Part shown: piece by piece, positions 18,857 to 28,871 of the stretch
How positions within the stretch are numbered: the first letter of the stretch is position 1
Layout: the number at the start of each line of letters is the position of its first letter
Virus record (IMG/VR): IMGVR_UViG_3300042473_001265
Location: 1 to 64,000 of that record
Reading direction: 5' to 3' (one strand)
Length of the DNA: 64,000 nucleotides
Program-made: the position numbers and the translations under genes
The notes under the pieces: generated by a model
What the model saw: only the letters and a program-made list of their open reading frames with translations
The model's database searches: none
Told to the model about the DNA's origin: nothing

Positions 18857-19173
18857 TGTCTGAAAATGTAATGAACAAAATTCGTGAACAGGTGCAATCG
18901 TTTGTGACCATTCAACTCAGCAGGATCACAGCAGATACTCTGGGCTGGCTGGCTGCAATCTTGATTCATTTTTCAACCATTCCCACACTGTTGGCCTTGT
19001 TGAAAGGTGTAACTGATCGTACTCCAGGATTGGATATTGTGTTGTTTTTATGGACCGGATTGTTGTTGTTGTTCATACGAGCAGTGGTACTCAAAGACAT
19101 ACTCAATATCTTGACCATTGGCATAGGGTTCATACTACAAGCTGCGATAATGGCCGGTATTTTATTCAAGTAA
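18853..19173 (+). CDS. Three-TM membrane protein, SemiSWEET/PQ-loop-like
   Basis: LGWLAAILIHFSTIP; three hydrophobic helices. Confidence 0.5.
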   Translation: MMSENVMNKIREQVQSFVTIQLSRITADTLGWLAAILIHFSTIPTLLALLKGVTDRTPGLDIVLFLWTGLLLLFIRAVVLKDILNILTIGIGFILQAAIMAGILFK

Positions 19174-19175
19174 AC

Positions 19176-19970
19176 ATGACACCAAAAAAACAAATCAATC
19201 ACATTGTCAAGTGGTTGAAGCAGTATGCCCGGAGTGCCAAAATTACCACTTTTGTGGTAGGAATCTCAGGCGGTATTGATAGCAGCGTGGTCAGCGCACT
19301 GTGCGCTCTTACAGGACTGCGAACCATTGTGGTACAGATGCCGATTCGTCAAGCCAAAAAACTCAACAATCGTAGCTCACTGCAAGCTGGGTGGTTGCTG
19401 GAACGCTACTCAAATGTCACACACATGAACATGGACTTGACCCGTATTTTCAATGCATTTGACACCAAGCTCAGTCCATTTTGTGCCGCTGACAACGGTG
19501 ATTATACCAGCACGTCTGAACTGGCATTTGCCAACAGTCGAGCCAGATTGAGAATGATGACTCTGTATCAAATTGCACAGGCGCATAATGGCCTGGTGGT
19601 GGGCACCGGCAATCGGGTAGAAGACTTTGGTGTGGGATTCTTTACCAAGTATGGTGATGGTGGTGTAGACATCAGCCCCATTGGTGACTGCATGAAAACA
19701 CAAGTCTGGGCCATGGCAGCAGAGCTGGGCATACCACAAGAGATCATTGACGCACCACCCACTGACGGACTCTGGGCAGACGGTCGTACCGACGAAAGTC
19801 AACTGGGCATGACCTATCCTGAACTGGAACTGGCCATGCGTCAAGACACATACTCAGAATTAGAACTGTATGCTACCACAGCAGAAAAGAAAAAGCTCAA
19901 ACAGTATCGTGAGATTCGCGCCAGAAACCTGCACAAGATGACGCCTATTCCGGTATGCAAACTGAGTTGA
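19176..19970 (+). CDS. nadE: NH3-dependent NAD+ synthetase
   Basis: VVGISGGIDSSV, NSRARLRM, GTGN..E..VGFFTKYGDG..D, PTDGLW...TDE.QLGMTY. Confidence 0.92.
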   Translation: MTPKKQINHIVKWLKQYARSAKITTFVVGISGGIDSSVVSALCALTGLRTIVVQMPIRQAKKLNNRSSLQAGWLLERYSNVTHMNMDLTRIFNAFDTKLSPFCAADNGDYTSTSELAFANSRARLRMMTLYQIAQAHNGLVVGTGNRVEDFGVGFFTKYGDGGVDISPIGDCMKTQVWAMAAELGIPQEIIDAPPTDGLWADGRTDESQLGMTYPELELAMRQDTYSELELYATTAEKKKLKQYREIRARNLHKMTPIPVCKLS

Positions 19971-20000
19971 CTCGTAATATCAATTTTGTTATAGTTGTAC

Positions 20001-20222
20001 ATGACAGTAGTGAGATTAAACGCAATCAAGATAGACGCTGTGTTGACCATAGTTTCTAAACTGACTGCTCAAGGACTGCAACAACATGTGGATTTTGATT
20101 TTGCATACCATCCCGGGTGGGCCAGCAACTTCACCAATGAAACACAGCATGTGAATTTTAAATTCTACAACCAAGCACTTGCCACTTGGTTTGCAATGCA
20201 GTACAGCGGAATCACTGAGTAA
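20001..20222 (+). CDS. Small protein, F-x-L-x-W-like
   Basis: Ends FKFYNQALATWFAMQYS; promoter TTGACT(19967)-17-TATAGT. Confidence 0.6.
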   Translation: MTVVRLNAIKIDAVLTIVSKLTAQGLQQHVDFDFAYHPGWASNFTNETQHVNFKFYNQALATWFAMQYSGITE

Positions 20223-20247
20223 TTTTTATATCAAACAGGAGCAGGCA

Positions 20248-20667
20248 ATGGAATTGACACACGATACATGGGAACAAAATGAAGTGATGAGATTGTTAAA
20301 ATCGCAACCAGGTACGCAATATCAAGAAAGCAACAATAAAGAACGGGCTGTTATCCGTCACTGGGTATCCAACATGTTGCAGCAGGGTCTGGTCACTGTG
20401 GAATTTGTCAAGGCCGACGGATCTGTGCGTCAAATGCAGTGTACTCTTAATTCCAGATACATTCCAGTCTCACCAGAGCCATCACCAATAAAAAACAACA
20501 CAGCGCAGTCGGTTGACGGGATTGACCGCAAAAGCACTGTTACGGAAGATTCAGCAGAATACAAAGAAGCTACTGCTGTTCGAGTATATGACATTGAAGC
20601 AGCAGCCTGGCGCAGTTTCAGATACGATAGGTTACGCAAGATTTCCGCCACAGTGGACTTTCAATAA
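20248..20667 (+). CDS. WYL_2/SH3-like phage protein
   Basis: VTVEFVKADGSVRQMQCTL...VYDIEAAAWRSFRYD. Confidence 0.7.
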   Translation: MELTHDTWEQNEVMRLLKSQPGTQYQESNNKERAVIRHWVSNMLQQGLVTVEFVKADGSVRQMQCTLNSRYIPVSPEPSPIKNNTAQSVDGIDRKSTVTEDSAEYKEATAVRVYDIEAAAWRSFRYDRLRKISATVDFQ

Positions 20668-20675
20668 ATACTCGA

Positions 20676-20894
20676 ATGGCAAAAGAAGAACCAATCAAGC
20701 TCGAAGGTAAAATTGTTGATGTATTACCCAACACCATGTATCGAGTCAAATTAGAAAATTTCGAAAATCCTGTACTGGCTGTGCTAAACGGCCGCATGCG
20801 ACAAAACAACATCAAAGTACTGCTGGGCGACGAAGTAGAATTGGAATTTAGTCAGTACGATCTAACCCGCGGTCGAATTACCCGGCGGCATTGA
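20676..20894 (+). CDS. infA: Translation initiation factor IF-1
   Basis: MAKEEPIKLEGKIVDVLPNTMYRVKLEN...GRMRQNNIKVLLGD.V..E.S.YDLTRGRIT.R. Confidence 0.95.
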   Translation: MAKEEPIKLEGKIVDVLPNTMYRVKLENFENPVLAVLNGRMRQNNIKVLLGDEVELEFSQYDLTRGRITRRH

Positions 20895-20896
20895 GT

Positions 20897-22441
20897 ATGA
20901 ATCAATTTGTTGAATTGCAAGATCAATCAAAAAAAATATTATTTTTAGGCAACAACGACGAGTCAACTGACCATGAAGTATCCGGTTTGGGCGTACATAA
21001 CAGCATTGTCAATCACGGCTTGTTGACTGATCCTGAAGTTGTACCCAATGACCCCGGATACTATCACACCTCAGTGTCGGATATACCTTTTGGAAAATTG
21101 TTAGTATTTGCTCAACAGTTTGATATTATTGTGATGTTGGATCAACCGCAGGCACAGTGGACGCATTGGAAATGCTTGTCGGCTACATTTAAGCTAATGG
21201 TGCAGTTGGAAGAATTAAAAAAAGTTACCATTTTTAGAGAAAATGCCAATTCAAAGAAAATATTCTACTGGGAAGATTTAGTTTACAATAAAAATAAAAG
21301 TTTTTGTATCTATCCTTGGATCAATTTCAACAACACTGGCGACAAAATGGTGTTGTGTGCGCGATCTTCAAAAAAAGTAACCACAGTAGAACAGTTGCAA
21401 GACTGGTCCTCAGACCCCAACTATAATGTCATTCGTGACCTGATGTCGGAAGGCACTCGGCTGCCGGAACATTGCAGTGTCTGTTACAAATACGAGGATC
21501 TTGGTATTGAAAGCTACAGACAGTTTGAAACTTTGGATTGGGTTTCGCAACTGGACCTTGACTCTGTTGATGACTTGAAGAAAATTGAGCGACCTTATTA
21601 TTATGAAATATCATTGGGAAATCACTGCAACATCAAATGTAGAGGATGCCAGCCAGTGTTTAGTAATCCAATTGGAATCGAATCAAAAAAGTTCAACATT
21701 GTACCTCCGGCCAGACTTCAGTGGGATCCTGCTACTCCATCCATAGATCAAATTGACATCAACAAGCTAGACAAGAAAAGTCAAGTGTATTTTCAAGGTG
21801 GCGAGCCCACAATCATGCCCGAGGTGTTGGAATTTATGCAACGCTGTGTGGAGAAAAATAAAACAGATTTTCAACTGTCCATGTGTACCAATGGTGTCAA
21901 AATATCAGATAAGTTTCTAAAGTTGGTTTCTAATTTTTCCAACACAAATTTCAGTTTCAGCATTGACGGATTTGCTCATGTAAATGACTATTGGAGATCC
22001 GGAAGTCAATGGGACACAGTCATAGCCAATGCAAAGTTGTTGCAGTCGCAGGGACACTTTATCAGCATAAACACAGTGCCAGGAATATACAATGTGACCA
22101 ATCTACATCTGTTGTTTGAGTTCTTGGATCGTGAATTCCCGTTCACTGCTGTTTATTTGCAAATAAATTATTTGCCCTGGCAATCGGTATACAATCATCC
22201 CAACGCAGCCCTAGTGATGGAGTCTATGCAGCGATGTATGAATACTTCAACTTATCTGTCCAATGGAAAAAGTTGTAAAACTGCAATAGACAGCATATAT
22301 ACGCACTACTCTGGTAATCCAACTTGCAATATCAATGAACTTCGAGCATTTTTTAATTACAACGACCAATTGGATCGAGCAAGAGGAGTTCGCTTGGCTG
22401 ATTACATTCCTGAACTAGAAGCTGTTAGAAATTTAATATAA
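20897..22441 (+). CDS. Radical SAM protein with Twitch/SPASM-like Cys region
   Basis: CNIKCRGC, FQGGEPT, TNG, FSIDG; upstream FCIYPW...CSVC. Confidence 0.85.
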   Translation: MNQFVELQDQSKKILFLGNNDESTDHEVSGLGVHNSIVNHGLLTDPEVVPNDPGYYHTSVSDIPFGKLLVFAQQFDIIVMLDQPQAQWTHWKCLSATFKLMVQLEELKKVTIFRENANSKKIFYWEDLVYNKNKSFCIYPWINFNNTGDKMVLCARSSKKVTTVEQLQDWSSDPNYNVIRDLMSEGTRLPEHCSVCYKYEDLGIESYRQFETLDWVSQLDLDSVDDLKKIERPYYYEISLGNHCNIKCRGCQPVFSNPIGIESKKFNIVPPARLQWDPATPSIDQIDINKLDKKSQVYFQGGEPTIMPEVLEFMQRCVEKNKTDFQLSMCTNGVKISDKFLKLVSNFSNTNFSFSIDGFAHVNDYWRSGSQWDTVIANAKLLQSQGHFISINTVPGIYNVTNLHLLFEFLDREFPFTAVYLQINYLPWQSVYNHPNAALVMESMQRCMNTSTYLSNGKSCKTAIDSIYTHYSGNPTCNINELRAFFNYNDQLDRARGVRLADYIPELEAVRNLI

Positions 22442-23151
22442 TGTTTAATCTGTCAGATAAAAAAATAGTAAGTTTTGGTGACAGTTTTGTGTTCGGATCC
22501 GAGCAACAACACAACAATGATGGGTCGTTGGGATGGATTGGCAGAGCTGCAACTAGACTAGGTGTTGCGTACAAAACATTTTCTATTCCCGGGTGTGGCA
22601 ACGATCATATTGCTCGACAGATATATTCATATGTTGCAAATAATCCGGTGGAGGACACACTGGCAGTAATTAATTGGACCTGGTGTAGCCGATGGGACTT
22701 TTACATTGGACAAGCCGAAACATGGATTACACTGGGCCCAACTTGTGTTCCGGAAAAACTAAAAGATCTTGTATCACACACGCAGGCAGAAGACATGATA
22801 GATTTTTATAAACATCGTGCTAACAGTAGTATTCTGTGGAACAAGTTTAGAAACTTACAGACCATATTTGCTGTGCAATCATATTTAAAAAGTAAAAATA
22901 TCAACAGTATACAAACATATATGGATTATATGATGTTTGACCAAGAATATGATATTCATTCTCCTGACTATGTAAAAGAATTACAAGCATTGGTCAAACC
23001 AAACTTAGAACTGTTTGAAGGTCAAAATTTTATTGACTGGAGTTATAACAAGGGATTTGAGGTTACCAAAGTTGGCCTGCATCCGCTTGAAGATGCACAT
23101 ATTGCAGCTTGTGAGTTGTGGATAGATAGATATGCACAAGCGTTGGACTAA
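22441..23151 (+). CDS. SGNH-like protein (paralog of 41141)
   Basis: FGDSFVFG, PGCGN, INWT..SR, HPLEDAH. Confidence 0.65.
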   Translation: MFNLSDKKIVSFGDSFVFGSEQQHNNDGSLGWIGRAATRLGVAYKTFSIPGCGNDHIARQIYSYVANNPVEDTLAVINWTWCSRWDFYIGQAETWITLGPTCVPEKLKDLVSHTQAEDMIDFYKHRANSSILWNKFRNLQTIFAVQSYLKSKNINSIQTYMDYMMFDQEYDIHSPDYVKELQALVKPNLELFEGQNFIDWSYNKGFEVTKVGLHPLEDAHIAACELWIDRYAQALD

Positions 23152-23159
23152 ATATTGGC

Positions 23160-23702
23160 ATGCGTGAACAAATTGACCTAATAGAAGCCAGCACTAGACC
23201 GGCCAAGCTGGAAACTACTCCCTTGCCCTACGGCGAAAAAGATCTGATGCCTGTGTTGAGTGCAGACAGCATCAACTATCATTACGGGCATCTGGCCAAA
23301 GGCTATGCCAAACGCTACAACGCTGGCGAAGGCAATGCAGATTTCAATCGTGCTGGCAGTTTTCTACACAACAAGTTTTTCCCTCAGCTTAGGGCTCCCA
23401 AAGGCGCCAATCGTCCCCGCGGTGCAGTACTTGCACTGATAGAAGAAAAGTTCAAAACATACGAAGATTTTAAAGCGGCTGTGAAAGAAGCCGCAATGAA
23501 AATCCAAGGATCAGGTTGGGTATATTTGAGCACCAGCGGCGAAATCAAAACAATTGCCAACCATGCAGTTCGTACAGATATATGCGTACTTATTGATTGG
23601 TGGGAACATGTGTGGGCTACTGATTACCAGTGGGACAAAGAAGCATACCTTGACAACATCTGGAAAATTATCAACTGGGACGTTTGTAACGAAAGACTAT
23701 AA
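23160..23702 (+). CDS. sod: Fe/Mn superoxide dismutase
   Basis: LPY...[37 protein letters not shown]. Confidence 0.88.
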   Translation: MREQIDLIEASTRPAKLETTPLPYGEKDLMPVLSADSINYHYGHLAKGYAKRYNAGEGNADFNRAGSFLHNKFFPQLRAPKGANRPRGAVLALIEEKFKTYEDFKAAVKEAAMKIQGSGWVYLSTSGEIKTIANHAVRTDICVLIDWWEHVWATDYQWDKEAYLDNIWKIINWDVCNERL

Positions 23703-24025
23703 TGATATTAGAAGATACAGCAATAGCAAAACTCAAAGACTTGATTGCGGAAGAACGCAATCCCAACCTCAAACTACGAGTGTTTGTGCAAGGCGGCGGC
23801 TGTTCAGGAATGAGCTACGGGTTCACAATGGATGAAGAGCAAAACGATGATGATTTTGACTTTGAATATGACTCAATACAGGTGTTGGTAGACAGCATCA
23901 GCTATCAATACTTGGAAAAGGCCAGCATACGCTACGAAGAAGGCCCAATGGGCGCCAGTTTTTCTATCAACAATCCCGACGCAGTATCTACCTGCGGTTG
24001 CGGCAGCAGTTTTAGTCCAGGCTAA
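23702..24025 (+). CDS. erpA: A-type Fe-S carrier, ErpA/IscA family
   Basis: [17 protein letters not shown]...[11 protein letters not shown]. Confidence 0.9.
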   Translation: MILEDTAIAKLKDLIAEERNPNLKLRVFVQGGGCSGMSYGFTMDEEQNDDDFDFEYDSIQVLVDSISYQYLEKASIRYEEGPMGASFSINNPDAVSTCGCGSSFSPG

Positions 24026-24078
24026 CACAAACCCACGAGCGTGAGTAATCTGGTAAATACAATACCAGAGGATTCTAA

Positions 24079-26136
24079 ATGGCTCAATTAATTATCAATG
24101 TAGGCGCTACTCCCAATGACGGGTTGGGCGATCCTATACGCACTGCATTTATCAAAACCAACACTAATTTTAGTGAGCTTTTTGCTAGATCGCAACCCAC
24201 TGCGCCCACCACATTGGTAGGTGCTGTTGGTGACCTAGCAGGCATGACGGCGTACGATCAAGAATACTTTTATTACTGTTTTGAAAACTACGACGGTTCC
24301 AGCATAATTTGGAGAGAAGTTCCAAATGCAGCAGTGGCCAATGTAGCTGTGCTGTCTGCCACGGGAAACATAACCAGCAACTCATTTTTTATTGGCAATG
24401 GCAGTTTGTTAACTGGCGTCGTTGCATCTGCGCCTGTGGCCTTGATCAATGGCACCACAAACATAACCACAGCCGGCAGTGGCAACGCCAACATTTCTGT
24501 TGCAGGCACCGGCAATGTAGCAGTGTTTACCACAGCAGGCGTCAACGTCACCGGCATTGTGTCGGCCAGTGGTAACATTGTTGCGGCAGCTTTTTCGGGG
24601 CCCGGCACTGGTCTAACAGGAACTGCGGCATCGTTGACTGTGGGCAATGCAACCACAGCAGTCACAGCCACCACAGCAGCCACAGTGACCACAGCAGCTC
24701 AGGCCAATATCACTTCAGTTGGTGCGCTGACCAGTCTAAGTGTTGTGGGAAATACCATAACTGGCAATCTCATAGCACTGAGTGCAATATCTGCCACAGG
24801 ATCAGTCAGTGCCGCTGGCAATGTCTCGGGTAATTTTATCATCGGCGACGGCGGATTCTTAAGCAATGTCACTGTGGTCAGCAATGTGGCTGTGACACAA
24901 ATTCAAAACGGCACAACCCTTTTAAAAATTCCCGTATCTGCTGGCAACATTGTCATGGACGTTGACGGCACTGCAAACTTGATGATAGTCAACCCAGCTG
25001 GATTAGAACTAACCGGCAATGCCAACATCACAGGAAATGTGAATTCAGCAAACGCTTATCTAACAGGACGATTTATAGCAGCTGGCAATGTCACAGGCGG
25101 CAATATCACCACTGGTGGACTGCTGGTATCCACTGCAAATGTGCAAGGTACCAATGTCAATGCTGGACAACAAATGTCGGCTGTTGGCAACATCACCGGC
25201 GGCAATGTGCTGACTGGTGGATTAATCAGTGCCACTGGAAATGTCAGAGGCGGTAACATTTTTACATATGGCAATATAACTGGCACCAATTTAACCACTG
25301 GCAACAGTGTTATTAATAGTGAAATCAGCACATCTGGAAATGTGACTGGTGCTAATTTGGTCACTGGTGGCGTTGCTTCTGTTACAGGCAATGTGCGCGG
25401 CGGCAACATAGTGGCAGTGGGAATCTTCAGTGGACCTGCTGCCAGCATCACTGGCAATGTTGACAGTGGCAATGTCAATGCTGGCGTAGTATCTGCCACT
25501 GGAAATGTCAATGCTGCCAACATCTACTTGTCAGGAAGATTCTTAGCAGTTGGCAATGTCACAGGCGGCAACATTACATCCGCTGGCCAGATTGTTACCA
25601 CCGGCAATGTGCAAGGCGGCAATGTCAATTCAACTGCTGCTATATATGCCACTGGCAATGTAGCAGGCGGCAACATTACAACTCCTGGTATCATTGCTGG
25701 CGCAAGTGTCAGTGTCAGTGGTACAGTAACTGGTACATCGTTTGTTGGTGTTGCAACTTCCGCACAATACGCTGATCTAGCAGAAAATTATCTAGCTGAT
25801 GCTGCGTATGCTCCTGGTACTGTGGTTGAATTTGGCGGCACAGCAGAAGTTACCATCGCATCAGATGAAACCCGGCGCATAGCTGGGGTTGTGTCTACCC
25901 ATCCAGCACATTTGATGAACAGTCATTTGACTGGCGAACATGTGGTAGCAGTGGCACTGATCGGCCGTGTGCCAGTTCGAGTACGCGGCACCGTCCGCAA
26001 AGGTGACATGTTGGTGAGTGCTGGTGACGGCTATGCTAGACCAAAACAAGATCCCATTACAGGCACCATCATTGGCAAGGCCCTGGAGGAATCTGTGGGC
26101 GATAACATTATTGAAGTTGTTGTAGGAAGACTATAA
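24079..26136 (+). CDS. Tail fibre/baseplate protein with GNxTGGN repeats and a C-terminal chaperone-like domain
   Basis: INVGATPNDGLGDPIRTAF N-terminus; ADLAENY...ALIGRVPVRV.G...GDMLV...IIGKALE C-terminus. Confidence 0.8.
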   Translation: MAQLIINVGATPNDGLGDPIRTAFIKTNTNFSELFARSQPTAPTTLVGAVGDLAGMTAYDQEYFYYCFENYDGSSIIWREVPNAAVANVAVLSATGNITSNSFFIGNGSLLTGVVASAPVALINGTTNITTAGSGNANISVAGTGNVAVFTTAGVNVTGIVSASGNIVAAAFSGPGTGLTGTAASLTVGNATTAVTATTAATVTTAAQANITSVGALTSLSVVGNTITGNLIALSAISATGSVSAAGNVSGNFIIGDGGFLSNVTVVSNVAVTQIQNGTTLLKIPVSAGNIVMDVDGTANLMIVNPAGLELTGNANITGNVNSANAYLTGRFIAAGNVTGGNITTGGLLVSTANVQGTNVNAGQQMSAVGNITGGNVLTGGLISATGNVRGGNIFTYGNITGTNLTTGNSVINSEISTSGNVTGANLVTGGVASVTGNVRGGNIVAVGIFSGPAASITGNVDSGNVNAGVVSATGNVNAANIYLSGRFLAVGNVTGGNITSAGQIVTTGNVQGGNVNSTAAIYATGNVAGGNITTPGIIAGASVSVSGTVTGTSFVGVATSAQYADLAENYLADAAYAPGTVVEFGGTAEVTIASDETRRIAGVVSTHPAHLMNSHLTGEHVVAVALIGRVPVRVRGTVRKGDMLVSAGDGYARPKQDPITGTIIGKALEESVGDNIIEVVVGRL

Positions 26137-28827
26137 ATGGCACAACCGGTTTGGCTTACTCCTGCTGGTAATTTAGGAACATACCCCGAAGGTGTGTTTT
26201 TTCAGTTTCCGTTGCTGGCCGAAGAGCCAGAGTTGGGTACTCCTGTACTGTATCAGGTCATTGCAGGTGAACTGCCCAATGGTGTGCAAGTTGCTGCCAA
26301 TGGACTGATTGTTGGTATACCAAAAGCCATTGCCAATGTGCAGGGTGTTCCATCAGAAGTTGCCCGTGATGTCACTAGTAGATTTGCTGTGCGAGCATAC
26401 ACCACAACAACCATTGGAAATGTCACCGTAATCAATCGGTTGGCAGATAGAACATTTAGTATCACTGTTGCTGGACAAGATGCTCCGGAATTTGTTACAC
26501 CATCAGGCACCATTGCCACAGTGTTTGACGGAACCCTAATAACAGATTTACAAATTCAATATGTGGATTCGGACGCTACTGATATTACAATTGTAAAATT
26601 GGCAGCAGGCACATTGCCGCCGGGCACTAGCATTTCATTGACTGGCCTGATCACAGGCTTTGTTCAACCAGTGGCACCAAACTCAGCAACAGCTGGATTC
26701 AGCAGAGACGGTCAGGGATTTTCACAATTTCCGTTTGATTTCCCCACACAGAGCAACAATGCAACCTACGAGTTTGTGCTTGAGTTGACAGATGGCAAAG
26801 CCAGTGCATTGAGAACATTTAATATTCAAGTGCTGAGTCGTAACAGCCTAACAGCCGACACCACGGACATCACAGCCGACAATACTTTTGTAACAGCAGA
26901 TGGTACACCAATCAGAGTTCCTGTATTGTTGACACTGCCCGGCAGTGTTGGCACTGTTCGCAGTGACAATTATTTTGCATTCAAATTCAATGCAGTACAG
27001 GCCGACGGATATCCAATTGTTTATGTGTCAGATAGTGCGGTAGAATTAGCATCAATTGGATTGGAGTTGGATCCTGGAACTGGGTGGTTGTACGGTTATA
27101 TTCCCAGCCAAGGCCTGCAAGAAAACATATATGATTTTCAAGTTCGAGTATACCAAGCCGGAGAACCTGATGTCAGCAGTGTCTGGTCAGATTTTTCTTT
27201 AACTGTACAAGGGCCTATAGATACAGAAATAACTTGGCTCACTCCGGCATCCCCTGCAGATCGGGCCTTGGTGCCAAGTCCATTGGGTACCATTGTCAAC
27301 GGTTCTACCAGCATATTGTATGTGCAAGCAGTAAATGCTTCAGGAATTGTGTTGGAATACCAGTTGAAATCAGGCAGCAACAGCAGTTTACCACAAGGGT
27401 TGACGCTGTTGCCGTCGGGTAATATTGCTGGGCGATGCAGTTTTAACACATTTGCACTGGATGGCGGAGCCACAGTATTTGATGTGGCCAGCAACAATCA
27501 AGGCGTAAGTTCACCAACTACCTTTGATCTTACATTTGTATTCACAGTGGAAGCCTTCAGCACCAACACTCAGGTCAGAGTTGACAAAGTATTTTCAATC
27601 CGAGTTGATAGACAGTACAACCAGCCTTATGAGAATCTGTATATTCAAGCAATGCCTCCGCAGAATGACCGAGACTTGGTCAACAGTCTGTTGCAAGATT
27701 CAACCATCATTGCGCCTACTTTGTTATATCGCGAGGACGACCCAAATTTTGGTCGTGCAACCCAAGTTGTTTACGATCACGCATTTGGATTAACGGCTGC
27801 TACCTATGCTGATTATGTTTCAAGTTTGTACGAAAACCATTATTGGAAAAATCTAGTATTAGGCAGCATTGAAACAGCACAGGCAACAGATGATGCTGGC
27901 AATGTCATATATGAAGTTGTTTATAGTCGTATCATTGACAATTTGGTCAATGACCGTGGCGAAAGTGTCAGCAAAGAAGTGGTGTTACCATATCCTATCA
28001 ATGCCAATGACAGCACAGAAATTGACACAGTATTTCCAAACAGTTTGATAAACATGCGTAATCAAGTCATTGACACTGTGGGACAAGTCAGTAACTTGCT
28101 ACCACGCTGGATGTTGTCTCCGCAGGCCAATGGGCGTGTGTTGGGATTTACTCCGGCCTGGGTGATTGCCTATGTGACACCGGGCAACAGTGGACAGATT
28201 GCCTACAACATCCGTACACAATTTGGACAACAACTAAACTTGGTTGACTTTGAAGTTGACCGATACGAGCTAGATCGAGCATTAACTAAGCATTGGGATC
28301 CGGATACATTTAGCCTGGACATCGCCACCGTCACCGTCGGTGCAGGAACACTGGTTGTAACCTATGGTACAGAACCCACCGCGCCATTTGTTGCTGGTGA
28401 AAATGTAACCATTACTGGTGCAAATTCGTCAACCTATAACGGCAGTTATTATGTGGTGTCATGCACAACCACACAAGTGGTACTGAGAATACCCCAAGGC
28501 AAAACACTTGGCATTTATGTGTCAGGCGGCACTGTAAATTCCAAAGCACATTGGATTCCAACCCCACCAAGTTATACTACTTTTGACCAGACTGGTGTAA
28601 TAGTTTCCTGGGTCAACAGTTTGGGACAAACACTGCCGTGGTACAATAGTAACTTTGGTCAAACAGGCCCAGCTTTTGTGTCCTCGTGGACCACTGCTGC
28701 GCCTGGCACAGAGTTTGATGGCGGCAGCATGCAGTTTATAGCACCAGTAGACATGTACGCAACCACTACCGGCTATACAGACTACGATAAATACCTTGTA
28801 TTTCCCAAACGCAATATTTTAGAGTAA
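26137..28827 (+). CDS. Baseplate/virion protein with Ig-like repeats
   Basis: Repeated W.TP.G.LG and G.LP.G..L...G.I.G units. Confidence 0.7.
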   Translation: MAQPVWLTPAGNLGTYPEGVFFQFPLLAEEPELGTPVLYQVIAGELPNGVQVAANGLIVGIPKAIANVQGVPSEVARDVTSRFAVRAYTTTTIGNVTVINRLADRTFSITVAGQDAPEFVTPSGTIATVFDGTLITDLQIQYVDSDATDITIVKLAAGTLPPGTSISLTGLITGFVQPVAPNSATAGFSRDGQGFSQFPFDFPTQSNNATYEFVLELTDGKASALRTFNIQVLSRNSLTADTTDITADNTFVTADGTPIRVPVLLTLPGSVGTVRSDNYFAFKFNAVQADGYPIVYVSDSAVELASIGLELDPGTGWLYGYIPSQGLQENIYDFQVRVYQAGEPDVSSVWSDFSLTVQGPIDTEITWLTPASPADRALVPSPLGTIVNGSTSILYVQAVNASGIVLEYQLKSGSNSSLPQGLTLLPSGNIAGRCSFNTFALDGGATVFDVASNNQGVSSPTTFDLTFVFTVEAFSTNTQVRVDKVFSIRVDRQYNQPYENLYIQAMPPQNDRDLVNSLLQDSTIIAPTLLYREDDPNFGRATQVVYDHAFGLTAATYADYVSSLYENHYWKNLVLGSIETAQATDDAGNVIYEVVYSRIIDNLVNDRGESVSKEVVLPYPINANDSTEIDTVFPNSLINMRNQVIDTVGQVSNLLPRWMLSPQANGRVLGFTPAWVIAYVTPGNSGQIAYNIRTQFGQQLNLVDFEVDRYELDRALTKHWDPDTFSLDIATVTVGAGTLVVTYGTEPTAPFVAGENVTITGANSSTYNGSYYVVSCTTTQVVLRIPQGKTLGIYVSGGTVNSKAHWIPTPPSYTTFDQTGVIVSWVNSLGQTLPWYNSNFGQTGPAFVSSWTTAAPGTEFDGGSMQFIAPVDMYATTTGYTDYDKYLVFPKRNILE

Positions 28828-28871
28828 AATATGACAAATCATAAAATTAACCCCAATAGGAAGACCACTTA

